DNA of 64,000 nucleotides. Origin: Narcine bancroftii. Lineage: Eukaryota. The stretch lies in NCBI RefSeq assembly GCF_036971445.1, contig NC_091470.1, positions 240,560,001 through 240,624,000 of the forward strand, written 5' to 3'. Under the pieces are notes generated by a model. The model did not search any database. It was given only the letters and a program-made list of their open reading frames with translations, and was not told the origin of the DNA. A program made the translations under genes and the position numbers. Shown one piece after another: positions 24,020-36,023 of this stretch (its first letter is position 1; each line of letters starts with the position of its first letter).

Positions 24020-24830
24020 TTTCTCCTCACCTTTATTTTTTTTATTTGTGTGTCTGGGGCTTTGCTTTATCCTCACTTTTTTCCTTCTTTTCTGGAGAGG
24101 GCTGGTATTCTCTTACCAGCCACTACTCCATCACGTGACTCCTCCTTATGTGTATCTTCTTGAGTACAGTTTTCATTTGTTGATTACAACCGCATGTATG
24201 GATTTTTGTCCAGGTTTTGTTGCACATAGAAATGTATCATTTTCCATGAGATTGCAAATAGACATGAATCAGGCAATTATCAGGGAATAACCCCTCAAAT
24301 GAATTTGTGATGGAGGGGAGGGGGGAAGAGATCATTGAAATATTGAATCCACAATATTAGCCAGAGAAAATTTGCAGTTCAATCTGAGATAAAAACAGAA
24401 ATTCAAGGTACAGGAAACAATCGCTTGGTCCATATGTCTGTCTTAGGTTATGTTCAGAACCAACTTTTTAAACGAAACATCATTTAAAAAAAAAACGTGT
24501 TAATTACTCAAACTAAAAAGAATTCAGCAAAGAATGCTTTCAGGCATCATTAAATGGGCCCAAAATCTTTCTTCATTTCAAGTCTATGTCGGCCTCTGCT
24601 TAAATCTTGAAAGCAGCAGTATATTAGTTCGTGTGGATTTTTGTTCTCTTGTTCTCCTGTCAACTTTAATGAAGTTGTTTAATATTTTCTTACCAGTGAA
24701 ATATTTTGCCAAGTATATTCAGAACAATTCCTACACATTTCCACTACCACCAGCACATCTAGTAATTTAATTATTTCCCAAATTTTATCCACTGCTCTAC
24801 TAGAAAATCCATTTGAAGGATCACTCCATG

Positions 24831-26732
24831 GCAGGGAGTCATGTGATGGAGTAGAGGCCGGACGGTGAACTCCAGCCCTCTCCAGAAAAGTCGGAAAACA
24901 CAAAGGAAAACACAAAGGTACAAAAATAAAAATTAAAGAAAAGTGAGTATAAAGGTGGAAAGAAGACGGCGACGAAAAAAGAAAAATCGAAATCAACGGT
25001 AAGAAGAGAGGAAGAGAAGACAACGGAAGAAGAAAGAGAAGGCCTTACCTGTTCAAAGAGGCCCGCGGTGGAGAGAGAAACCCGCTCCCTCAGGTCGGTA
25101 GAAAGTGGACTACAAAAATGGCTCGCTGAGTCGAGTAAAAGTGCGCAACCGCGCATGCAAAAAAACACACCGATGGGAGGGGTGACCAGCTGGGGAGTCG
25201 ATCTCCACAGCCGGCAACGACAGCTGCAGAACACCTGCAGCAAGAAGAGAACATAGAAGACAACGAAAACAAGAAAGAAGAGAAGAAAAGGGCAATAAAG
25301 AAACAACAGATGGCCAACCCAGAGGAAGAAGAAGAGGAAGAGTACAGTGAAATAGAAGAAGAAGGGAAAGGCAAGATAAAGGATATACTTTCTCTTATTA
25401 AAGAATACATGGAGTCATTTAAAGAATGGCAAGCGCAAGAATTTAATGATTTAAGAAGAAGAATAAACAATACAGAAGAAAAAATGAATAAAATAGATAT
25501 GACCTTAACAGAAATGGGAAAGAGAATGGACAAGATGGAAGAGCGGGAAGCAGCAGTAGAAATGGAGGTAGAGGACTTAAAAAAGAAATTAGAGGAATCT
25601 AATAAAAAAAATTATAGAGACACAAGAACTGTTAGCTCAGAAAATAGATATAATGGAAAATTATAACAGAAGAAATAACATAAAGATAGTGGGCCTTAAG
25701 GAAGATGAAGAAGGCAAGAATATGAGAGAGTTTATAAAAGATTGGATCCCCAGGATCCTAGGATGTCCAGAACTACAGCAAGAAATGGAAATAGAAAGGG
25801 CACATAGAGCATTGGCCTTTAAACCACAACCACAACAAAAGCCAAGATCTATTTTAGTAAAATTCCTAAGATATACTACAAGAGAAAAGGTACTGGAGAA
25901 GACAATGGAAAAAGTAAGAGAGGGCAACAAGCCACTGGTGTACAAAGGGCAAAAAATCTTCATTTATCCAGATATAAGTTTTGAACTCCTGAAGAAGAGA
26001 AAGGAGTTCAATACAGCAAAGGCAATTTTATGGAAGAAAGGGTATAAATTTATACTAAAGCATCCAGCGGTACTGAAAATATTTATTCCAGGACAACAAA
26101 ACAGACTATTCTCGGATCCAGAGGAAGCACGAAAATTTGCAGAACAATTACAAAATAGACTGAGGGATGAAGACGTGTAACGAGAGTACAAAAGACAGAG
26201 AACTAAAAAGACACATAAGTTTTGAACTCCTGAAGAAGAGAAAGGAGTTCAATACATTGAAAACGATCTTATGGAAAAAAAAAACTATTCTCGGATCCAG
26301 AGGAAGCAAGGAAATTTGCAGAACAACTACAAAACAACCAGAGAGATATGTAATAAGAGTAAAAATGACCACGATTTATATGTATGTGGGTAAAGAGGTA
26401 TATGTGTGCATATGTATAATGTGCATACATGAATGTATCCGTATTTAGAGGAAAATATAGATAGTATAGACAAGAATTAATAAGGGAAGGAAATGGAATA
26501 GAGGGAATAAGGAGGGAACTAAAAGAGTGACCTTTGTTACATATGAAAAGTGAAATCTTTTCTGGGGGGGCTGGGTGGGGAGGAGTTGCGGTCACTGCAA
26601 AATCAGCTGACGCTGGCGAGTGAATTCGCAAACCCAAATGGAGAGGGGAGATGTGGTTGTCCGACAAGGGATAAAGGACAACTCTGGAGGGGAAGGGGAG
26701 ATTGGGGCTAAAAAAGTTTTAAATAGGAGAAT
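24831..26732 (+). mobile_element. L1 element (5'UTR, ORF1, spacer; no ORF2) with TSD
   Basis: 5' end GGAGTCATGTGATGGAGTAG; 15-bp direct repeat AAGGATC[A/C]CTCCATG at 24816-24830 and 26733-26747. Confidence 0.9.
25310..26180 (+). pseudogene. L1 ORF1 (coiled coil, RRM, CTD) with one frameshift at an A-run near 25604-25611
   Basis: ORFs 25310-25666 and 25653-26180: ENYNRRNNIKIVGLKE, EIERAHR, PRSILVKFLRY, IFIYPDIS. Confidence 0.92.
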
Positions 26733-26819
26733 AAGGATCCCTCCATGAAAAAGCACACAGGTCAACTTTCACGGACTTTGAGCTACAATCTCTTTCTCTC
26801 TGGTATACTCCATGTATAG

Positions 26820-27817
26820 TGTTGCAAGTCCAGAGGACCCCAAAACACGGCAGCAATAGAAATTCACCAAGACAAATGGTTACTTATACAAAAGTTGCTT
26901 TTAATTTTCTTTTAACATAAAAAAATCAAACTAACTTCTTACTATTAACTTGACCCCCTTCTAATTCTAAGGGCACATGTATGTAATGTGTATATATTCA
27001 GGAAAGTTCTTTGATTCACAGTCCACATCTCACTTCTCACTCCTCCAAGTTCAGTGATATCAGGCAATTCTTATACTGTGCACAGAATCCAACATTTATG
27101 AAGTTTCACCAAGCTCTGGTGCTTAAATGGTTACCGCTCAGGAAGGTTCTTGTTTGTTTCAGAGAGATTTATTGCTTGTTGGATACACACAAACTGATTC
27201 CCTCCAATCAGCTACTTCAGTGTCTTGCCGAAGAAACTTGCCCCATCATGGGTTTTCCTCTTCTTCCAGGTCACCACAGAGTTCCTCTTGTTTCCCTTAT
27301 TTTAGGAGAAACACTCTAGCCAGCCATTTCCTCTTGGAGGGATTACAAGGCTTTTTCAACAGGCTGAACTCAGAGCTCACAACCTGTCTTCAAGAAGGGT
27401 TTCAATAGGCTGCCAGCTTCCAAAAGCCACTGCAGAACTGTCAAACTGAATTCTGTCTCTCAGAGAAAGCCTGTTTGGTCTTTTCTTTCTCTCTGCTTTC
27501 AAAACCACATGACCCCTCTTGGAACAGCAAACTGCAATCAGACAGATTGCCGGCACTAGAATCAATTTTGCCTGGGCATCTGTTGCTTTAAAGACAATAG
27601 TCCATTTACTCCACAACATTAATCCAATTAACACCTACTTGTGAAGTCTCCATAGTTTCAAAGTTTCTGTAAAGTCCCTGTGGACAGGAAGTTTCTCTTT
27701 CAGCAAAGCTCTTGCATTTTAAAATGAGATCTCTTTTGTGGTGTTACTGTGTTTGAGAAGTGACCTACACAATCTCTTAAAAACATATTTATATAAAATA
27801 TAACATACCCCATATCA
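26820..27817. mobile_element. Solo LTR, ~1-kb family, copy 1
   Basis: TGTTG start; colinear with 32787-33719 and with the reverse complement of 51946-52918. The right end is uncertain (ATAG/ATAC imperfect TSD). Confidence 0.8.
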
Positions 27818-28079
27818 ATACACACACATATATACACACACAACTGAAAACTTACTGCTCCAGCATTTCTTTCCCAGCCTGAAAATGAAGTTTCTGCTCA
27901 TATTTGAGTGTCTCTCTGATATTAGAACTTAGAGTTGAAGCACTTGTCTGTATTACATACATCATTCAACTGTTTCTTTTTATTTTCCAGCATTCCAATT
28001 GGGACATGCTTTTTTTTGTATTTTAGAGTTTTGAACACATAGTTCAACTTTCTACTGCCCTCAATGCTTGAACATGTAG

Positions 28080-28360
28080 GGAATGAGTCTACAAAGGTTC
28101 TAAAGATCTTTGATTTGAACATACAAAATCATGAGAAAAATAGATCAAGTGAATGTAGAGAAACTTATGTTGAGAATCAGGGAATTGGTAGCCAGTGAAA
28201 ACAGGTTTAGGGTGAAGGGGAAGAAGCTATTTTACAGGAACCTATGGGCTTACATTTAAAAAAAAGAGGGAGATGAAAGCATAGAACAAGCTGCCAGAGG
28301 TTATTTAGGCACGTATCATTGCAATGTTTTAGGAAAAAAATGGATAGCAAAGGTTAAGAG
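28080..28360 (+). mobile_element. CR1 3' fragment (continues at 37098-37185 after the hAT insertion)
   Basis: ...TGGATAGCAAAGGTTAAGAG joins GTTTAGAGGAATATGAGGC...AAGTTGGGTCGAAGG, a CR1 tail. Confidence 0.7.
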
Positions 28361-28512
28361 TAGGGGGTCTCCAAAGTGGTCAATATTGAACCCTGGGGGC
28401 TGATGGGACTATCCAAGGGGTCAATAAATGCCTGTATGAATATGTTATAATTAATGTTATATGATTTAAAATTTATTTAAAAAAAAAATATATATATAAA
28501 ATCACATCTGTG

Positions 28513-28684
28513 AGAGAGGGATACAGATAGAGAGGGAAACAGATAGAGAGGGATACAGATAAAGAGGGATACAGATAGAGAGGGATACAGATAGAGAGGG
28601 ATACAGATAGAGAGGGATACAGATAAAGAGGGATACAGATAGAGAGGGATACAGATAGAGAGGGATATAGATAGAGATATAGAT
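28513..28684. repeat. 16-bp minisatellite (AGAGAGGGATACAGAT)n
   Basis: About 10 near-perfect units. Confidence 0.95.
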
Positions 28685-28841
28685 GATGTGATTAGTTTTT
28701 ATTGTCTATTTATTTTATATCCCCTTTACTGAAACAATGATAATAATTTAGTTACAATTCATCCACATGGATGAATTGACTTGGATTTTCCTTACTCATA
28801 TGCTCCATTTTTTAGAAAATACTCAATAAATGTATTAACTA

Positions 28842-29062
28842 CATGTAGTCCCTGACTTACGACCATAATGGGGTCTGAAGATTGGATGTAACTCTGGTTT
28901 GGTCATCAGTCAGGGAATGCGGACATTGGACTGCCAGCAGGAGCGGGGACCATTATATACAGTGTTTTTAATACAAAATATGTACTTGTACGTCTTTTTT
29001 AAAATTTGGTCGTATGTGCGGGTGGACATAACCCGTATAGGTTGGAAGTCAAGGACTACCTG
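28842..29062. mobile_element. Tigger/pogo-like MITE
   Basis: TIRs CATGTAGTCCCTGACTTACGACC / GGTTGGAAGTCAAGGACTACCTG with TA on both sides. Confidence 0.82.
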
Positions 29063-29319
29063 TATATTATTTATCATGAGCATTGTAGTCTTGCAACATT
29101 TTAGTTTAGCCTTATCTTTATTTTTAAGTACATTACAAAAATCTGGGTTGTGGCAATGATAGGCTGAGTAGCCCGGCCACATCATTTCCCGTCCAGAGGC
29201 ACAAGCTAGTCCAGAGACATTCAGTGCACACACAGCACATGTAGCCATCAGATTGGTGTCAGTAAACTGATAGCTGTGCATTTAATGTGGCAAATTTACA
29301 CAGTTCTAATAAACACAAC

Positions 29320-32275
29320 TGCAACCACTAATGCTAAGAATAAGTGCTGGCAATATTCACAAGAGTATTTGAAATTCGGATTCGTACCTTTGTTTACTAA
29401 TGAAACAATGTGTATGTGCCTGTTACGTGAAAAGACTTTCAGTAATGATGCCAGGAAACCTGCGAAGATGAAAGACCAACTCTGCAGGATTCACTCTAAT
29501 AAGAAATACAAAGATCTTGAATTTTTTAAGGCACTGAAAGAAAAAAAATCAGAAATCGACCAAATTTAGAGACATTTTTTAAACCATTGCCAGAGCTGAT
29601 AATGAAGGAGAACTGAAGTCATCATCCAGTATCTATCTTAATATAGCAAAGAAAGGAAAATTGTATACTATTGGTGAGATCACCATAATACCAGCAATTA
29701 AAGAAGTGATTGAAAATGTTATGAAACTCTCACAACCTGTTCTTAAATTCATGCCATTAAGTGCAAATACAGTGCAGCAACAACACATTGATGAGATGGC
29801 TGATGATGTGGAGAAAATCTCAACATTGCAAATTTTCCATCCAATTCGATGAAGCAGCTTTTGACAGTTCAAATATTTTCATGGCCTAAGTGAGATATTA
29901 TAGTCTAAGCCTAAAGTACATTGTTGATGAGTTTTTGGTTGCCATTACAGAAGATTTGCTGCCTTACTCAAGGAAAAGGTTCTCAATGTATGTACTGTCC
30001 ACTGTGTATTACATAGACACCATCTTGTAGCCAAGTAACTCAGTGGTGAACTGCATGATGCCTTAAAAATGTGCATCAGGACAGTCAACAAAATTAAGTC
30101 TTTTCAATTCGAGACTGTTTGCAATGATATGTGGGAAAAAAAGATCGAACTTTTGCACACTGAGGTAAGGTGGTTGTCAAGAGGTGATAGCTTTCAAAAT
30201 CTTGTTGACTTTTAGGACTCAACTGTGGAGTTTCTTATGGATGTGGACCCATCACTATGTGATGAGTTGAAAAAATGTGAGAACCATTTGGTAGACCTAT
30301 ATTCAAAATTTAATGAAGTACAGAATGTCTACAAGGTAAAGAAGTTACAATTATTCAAGGCCGAATAATCCTAATAGGTTTCCAAGTCAAAATAGGCACA
30401 TAGATTTTTCAAACCTACGGCAATTGGAAGAGGATGAAAATATTTCCGACTGTGATCTGGAAAAATACATAAAGCACCTTGAAAAATTAAGGGAAGACCT
30501 TAAAGTATGTTTCAAGGATCTGGAGAAAATGCACGTACCTGACTGGATTGTTACACTGTTTGATTTGGAGATGGAAAATTCAGACATTGAATCTCGCTTA
30601 GAAGATTAACTTGTAGCCTTTGAGCATGAGTAGGCAGAGCAATGTCCTTCCATCGGAGTAACACTGCCTGCCTAGCCATAAGTAAAAGCTAATACATGGA
30701 AATCAGATGCTGTTTGAGTTATGCCACTCTCTCCAACAATACCAAACAAGGTAGTTAAAGGATTTGTCTTAAAATCAACTTTAAAAAGTACAGAAAGGTT
30801 GAAATATTTCATTCCATTATTTGTCAAGGCTCTGGCATGTCCAAAACATATAATTTATTCATCTGCATAAAAATGAGAAAATTTAACTTTGATCATGTGA
30901 GCTCTATGAGGTACTTTAAATTGTAGGAAGGAGTGGCGGGCACATAAAGATGAGGTATTAACCAATTTGAAAATTGCATTCTAAGTTTCTTCAGAGATTA
31001 AAAGATGCAGGTCCTGTTCTCAGGCTTTTTAAATTTTATCTCAAGGAGCTTCTTATTCCCAACAACATACCATAAATGTTAGATATTAAACCATTATAAA
31101 AAAGGTTGTAAATTAAAAATTACATCAATTAAATTCTTATCAGTGCTCATGGTGGAATGTATGTAATTGAGATAGTAAAAAATCTCTAATCTGTAGATAG
31201 CAAAAAAAATGAGTATTTGGTAATCTATATTTAACTGATGTTCAAAAGAAGCAAGACTTCCTTCAATAAATACATTTTTTAAACATTTAATGTCCAATCG
31301 ATACCATTCTTTAAAAACTACATCAATCATAGAAGGTTTAAAGAAATAATTTGAAAAAAAATTGGACAAGAAAGAGAAAATCTCAATAAGCCTAAATGTT
31401 TCCTAAATTGTATCCATGTCTTCAAAGTATGTTTCACCACTGGATTATCAGTTAATTTATTTAAAGATATAGGAAGTGAGGATATGAGAAGGGAAACAAT
31501 AGAAAATTTTGTAAAAAATTTAGATTCCAAAGAGACCCATATTGGACAGTCTTCATGGTTAATAGAACAAAAATATAAGATTTTGTATTGACTGCCCAAT
31601 AATGTTTAGATTTAGAGAAGATTAGATGCTCAATTTCTGATTTAAATTTAAATATTCAAATACCGTAGGGACCTTTTATAAGTTATTTTCAGTAGCTCTG
31701 ATTTAATATGAATGCATAAGTGTTGACAAATAATGCAATTTATTATTTTGATTAGGAGTTTTTTTTCCTCTCCTTACCAAACAACTACACTTTTGGTAGT
31801 GGGTTTAGAATTTTTTTTAAAAATAATAAAATATTACCAATATGTTTATTTGAATAATCTAAGTGTAGTGCATTTTTTTAAAAACTTTCAATATGCATTC
31901 TTATGTACTCTGTATTTTTCAATATGGAACTTCAATTTCAATAAAAATATAGAAAAAGAAAGATGAACTCATTGATGTGAGTGGATCTCGAAACTAAATT
32001 ATTGTTCAAAAGTAAAAGCCTCAGTGACTATTAGAGCAATGTCAATACTGCTACTAAATACTGCAAGCTTAGGTCAGCAGTTGAGCCATTTTTACTTTTG
32101 TTCCCAAGTTTGTACATGGTTGAAACTGGTTTTAGCCATGCAAATGCGGTTATAACAAAGTAGAGGAAAAGACTGAGCCTTGAAGAGCATGGTGACTTAC
32201 GACTAAAACTCACCAATCTCCAATCAAATATCAATTCCCTTGCTGATCCTCATTAAACACATCTTTTCCATTAAT
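29320..32275 (+). pseudogene. hAT transposase relic (ZBED5/SCAND3/FAM200-like family), interrupted by L1
   Basis: KCWQYSQEYLKFGF and KPAKMKDQL...H (BED-like); YTIGEITIIPA; HCVLHRHHL (CxxH); LHTEVRWLSRG; dimerisation domain FPSLYMVETGFS...GDLRLKLTNLQ after the L1. Confidence 0.9.
30607..31959. mobile_element. 5'-truncated, 5'-inverted L1 insertion
   Basis: ORF2 C-terminal region on - (about 31602 down to 30607), the remainder plus 3'UTR and AATAAA on +; AAGAT duplicated (30602-30606 / 31960-31964); the transposase frame RLED/ELID is restored on removal. Confidence 0.87.
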
Positions 32276-32346
32276 GATGTCAACCAATTTAATAAAAAGG
32301 TATGTCGATGTTAATTTTGATATATTTGATATTTCTTATATTATTT

Positions 32347-32786
32347 ACTTACAGGATATCCGGCGTTGCCTGAGAAATTAAATCCTCAGTTGTTGACTAC
32401 ATGCCCGTCTGGAGTCCTGAGCACTGAGATGGGCATATTGCTGCTGCTCTGCTTCCTGCTCTTTGCACGTCTCGAAGCATCAACAGTGAGGCGAGACTGA
32501 TGTTCCTCTTCTGCCTCCTTTGTTTAACTCTACAGGCTTGTGAAGAGCTTCTGCCAATGTTGCTTCATTTTTTTGGCCCATATCGAACTGGGTTTGGCCA
32601 CTTGTTTTTATTGAGTGTACATTGCACAGCAACTGCAGCTAAATTTTTTTTGAACTTCATATGACCGTAAAGGTTAAATTCAAGGTGGACATTGTAAAGG
32701 TTAAAACCTTGTTTATGATTCGTAGTTAATTTTGTGCCTATCCCTTTTAGAAAAAGTATTGTTTCTAGTGTTACCATAGTGACTAT
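32347..32786 (-). mobile_element. Helitron-like remnant (3' end)
   Basis: The minus strand ends CAGGCAACGCCGGATATCCTGTAAG, resembling the Helitron CCGGGCAACGCCGGGTA...CTAG terminus. A nearby frame EAEEEHQSRLTVDASRRAKSRKQ resembles RepHel N-terminal repeats. Confidence 0.45.
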
Positions 32787-33719
32787 TGTTACGAGCCCAA
32801 AGGACCGCAAAACCCAGCAGCAAGTCATTCACCAAGACAAGTAGTTACTTAAACAAAAGTTTGTTTTTAATTATCTTTAAACATGAAAACAGAATCAAAC
32901 TTTAACTTATCTCTATTAACTTAACTAACCCGACTTAACCCCCTTCTAATTCTAAGCACACCTGTATGTAATGTGTGTGCAAATTTAAAAGTTCTTTGGT
33001 TCACAGTTCAATCTCACTTCTCATTCTTCCAAGCTCTCTGGTTGTAGGCAATTCTTATACTGTGCACAGAATTTAACATGTATAAAGTTCACCAGGTTTT
33101 GGTGCTCAAAAGGTAAATGTTTACCGCTCAGGAAGGTTCTCGTTGATGTGCAGAGATATGTGTTGCTCCAGGATTTCCACAACTGAGGTACCACCATTAG
33201 CTGATGAAACTTGCCCCATCAGGGTTCTCCAGATGATAACCTCTTTCTTTCAGGCTATCACAGAGTTCCTTTCTGTTCAACTTATTCCAAGAGAAACGTC
33301 AGAGAGATAGCACTTCTCCACTCTGGAGCTTCTGTTTCAGTTCCAACAAGCTTCTCCTGGCTGACACTGTTCAATCTCTCTCTCTTTCTCTCCATCTCAG
33401 ATTTTTTAAAAAACCTGCCAGCCACATGTCCTTCTCTCTCTCTCTCTACCTCTCATTGACCTTTGAGTGAACACTTTGCAGAGAGGTCAGAAATGTCCAA
33501 AACAGACTACATGTCTCCAGTCCATTTATTTCATGACATCTTTTCAATTAGCACCTACTTGTGAAATGTGCATAGCATTCTCCGTAGTTTCTGTAAAGTC
33601 ACTGAATATGAATTCTTCAGTATTTCAAATAAGATAATTTTTAAAATGTGTGTATGTATGTAACCTACTCTAATTTTACTAATTTATCTCCCAAAAACAT
33701 TCCCAAATATTGCATCACA
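32787..33719. mobile_element. Solo LTR, ~1-kb family, copy 2
   Basis: TGTTA...TCACA termini; 4-bp TSD CTAT (32783-32786 / 33720-33723). Confidence 0.88.
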
Positions 33720-33784
33720 CTATGACATCATATGTTATAATATCTGAGCAAACCAATAGCTTGCATCTCATTCATCAAAGAATT

Positions 33785-34115
33785 ATGAAGGGTTTTGGTC
33801 TCCATATTTGGGGAAGGATGTGTTGGTATTGGAGGCACAGAAAAGAAAGTTCACAAGTGGATTGAGGGGATGACATCTGAAGAATGGCCAGACAGTTTGA
33901 GTGTGTACTCATTGAAGCTTTAAAAACAAGAGATGATCTGGTTGAAATATATTTGATTATCCTGTCCTGCTGACAGGATGTTTCTATTTTGTGAGGGTAT
34001 CTAGAAGGACACATCCTCAGGAGTTTGCGGAGGAGCTAGTGGAGTTGTTCAAGTGAACCGGTAGGGACTTGAGGGGCCGACATGGCCTGTTTCCGTGCTG
34101 TAAACAGTTATATGG
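33785..34115 (+). mobile_element. CR1 3' fragment
   Basis: FWSPYLGKDVLVLE relic and tail GGCCGACATGGCCTGTTTCCGTGCTGTAA. Confidence 0.72.
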
Positions 34116-35179
34116 GATACTTTTCTATGAATTCATCTCATTTTGTCTTAATTTCATCAATTTCTTCTTATATCTGTTTAAAGTTGAATATCATTATACA
34201 TTATGCTTTGTTTATTCATCGTTATGAAAATCTAAAAGCAAAGTTATGCAAAATGTTTATGCATTTTGTCAATGAATTAAATTTATTTAAAGCTGCAACT
34301 ACAAAGTTTGGTTTATTGGATTAATAAGATAGTAATTTGGAATATCGTTGGTCTTATTTCCTTGAAGATGACACTTTTTGAAATTGGTAAATACTGGAAC
34401 TTGGAAGGTGTCATCTATAGCCATAGAATTCAGCATCAAATGTTCCCCTTGCTGAACCTCCTTGGACTTTTCTAGAATGCTCCATATTGATTTGCATGGA
34501 GAACAGACAAACAAATGGAGATACATGCACAAATATATATATCAAGTTTTTCTTTTATTATTGTTAGATTTGGTATCGAAATTGGAGGTTATGAAAATGT
34601 AGCTCGCGTGTATAGTACAGGGATCTGTGAAGTTCAGTTTGTCTGTCTGTTATTGTCTGCCACGAAACTCCTCTGACACTATGAGACCAAGTGTTACCAA
34701 AATTGGAACATAGATTATTATACCAAGGCCAAATGACAGCAAACAGACTTTCCACCCTCTCTCTCTTTGTAAGGGTCAAAATAAAATGCAAGTTTGCAAG
34801 CAATTCTGTTTGTAGCTTTTTGGATGTTGTTTAACATTTTTAAACTGTCTCCTCACAATATCTTTGAGCCAAGGTTACAGGCAACACATGTTAGTTTAGT
34901 TCCTTTGTTCTGCGAAAGGCAAGGATCGGAGAGGTTCCGACAATTTCCATTGACCGTCTAACATTTTAACAGCTTGTAACAATGTATAGCACTGATAATA
35001 ACATTAATAATGTTTAATAACTTTGGAAAACTCAACTTTACTATGAATCATAGACAACGACTTTTTTGATATTCTCCAAGGGAAAGTAGTCGCTACACTT
35101 TCTTTCTGTTTGCTTGAGTGTTAGAGAGCATTTGATAAGAGGGAGATGAATGATGTCACAGTGCGAAATGGCAGCAGAT

Positions 35180-35620
35180 TCTCCTTTGTGTATTTCCCTA
35201 CATTTCATGAGACATTCATTTATCATGAATGTCATTAAATAAATATCATTTATTTCAGACAGTTTGAACAATTTTATTTTGAATTCCAACATTCAGAAGC
35301 CTTTTTCAAATGATTCCAAGATGAGAATGAATGGATTAACTGAGTAACTGGATCCATTTGTTCATTACATGAACAGCATTTGCAGTCTTACTCCTGATTT
35401 CAGGATCCTCTGGTAAAATTTCTTCTAATATATAAAGATTTTGAAGCCACTCATTTTGAGGCCTGGATACCCACATTTCTTTCTTTAGAAAAGACTCGAC
35501 TTTCAAACCTCGGGAAGCCAGATCAACAGATTTTTAACTGCATTAACATATTGCTACTCTATTGGAAGTGAGACTTTATCAATTTCAGTGACTCTGTTAG
35601 CCACATGTTAGATCTTGGGG
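35180..35620 (-). pseudogene. BEL/Pao retrotransposon pol relic (RNase H end and linker)
   Basis: Across frameshifts the minus strand reads VANRVTEI...QYVNAVKN..DLASRGLKVESFLKKEMWVS...EEILPEDPEIR...DPVTQLIHSFSSWNHLKKA, the BEL/Pao pattern (VANR, NPAD.ASRG, SSW..L). Confidence 0.78.
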
Positions 35621-35737
35621 ATATGGCAGAAAAGGATTGAACATAAATAAAGAAAAAATATAAAATGTGCACGGTTCATGTTGTATTTGACAAACTATAA
35701 CAGGGATACAGGCACGCAAGAACCAAAATGTACATAG

Positions 35738-36023
35738 TTACCTTGTTAGTCGGCATCTCTGGGTTCATGGGCTGTGCGCATGCAAGAATCATAAGTTGGC
35801 ACATGCGCGATAGGTTCGCATATTGAAGATCGGTTGGTGCATGTGCAAGAGTTAAGGGGATGAATTCAATATTGTCAGGTTATTTAACTCTCATGCATGC
35901 ACCAAACGAACTCCAATACGCGAACCTATCGCACGTGTGCCAACTGATGACTCATGCATGCGCACAGGAATCAAGATGGCTACGCCCAGCCAACAAACTC
36001 TAGGATGCCAACTAAAAAGGTAA
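35738..36023. repeat. Long inverted repeat (84-bp inner arms, 28-bp spacer, about 28-bp outer arms)
   Basis: 35772-35855 versus 35884-35967: 71/84 identical as reverse complements (hand count). Confidence 0.93.

Larger units (their letters stand above)
17966..24146 (-). mobile_element. L1 element (5'UTR, ORF1, spacer; no ORF2), split by the RTE insertion
   Basis: 5' end GGAGTCACGTGATGGAGTAG at about 24143; ORF1 relic; the spacer continues on the far side of the RTE (17966-18274) and is homologous to 26500-26730. Confidence 0.88.

Noticed and set aside
23619-25533. Antisense ORFs in the L1 5' regions as ORF0-like genes
   Set aside because: The pyrimidine-rich strand lacks stops by composition, and ORF boundaries differ between the two copies.
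29276-30609. Domesticated ZBED/SCAND-type host gene
   Set aside because: It has many stops and frameshifts, an L1 insertion, and retained TIRs and TSD.
35392-35424. Host exon EEILPEDPEIR
   Set aside because: It lies within the BEL/Pao relic inside the hAT element.
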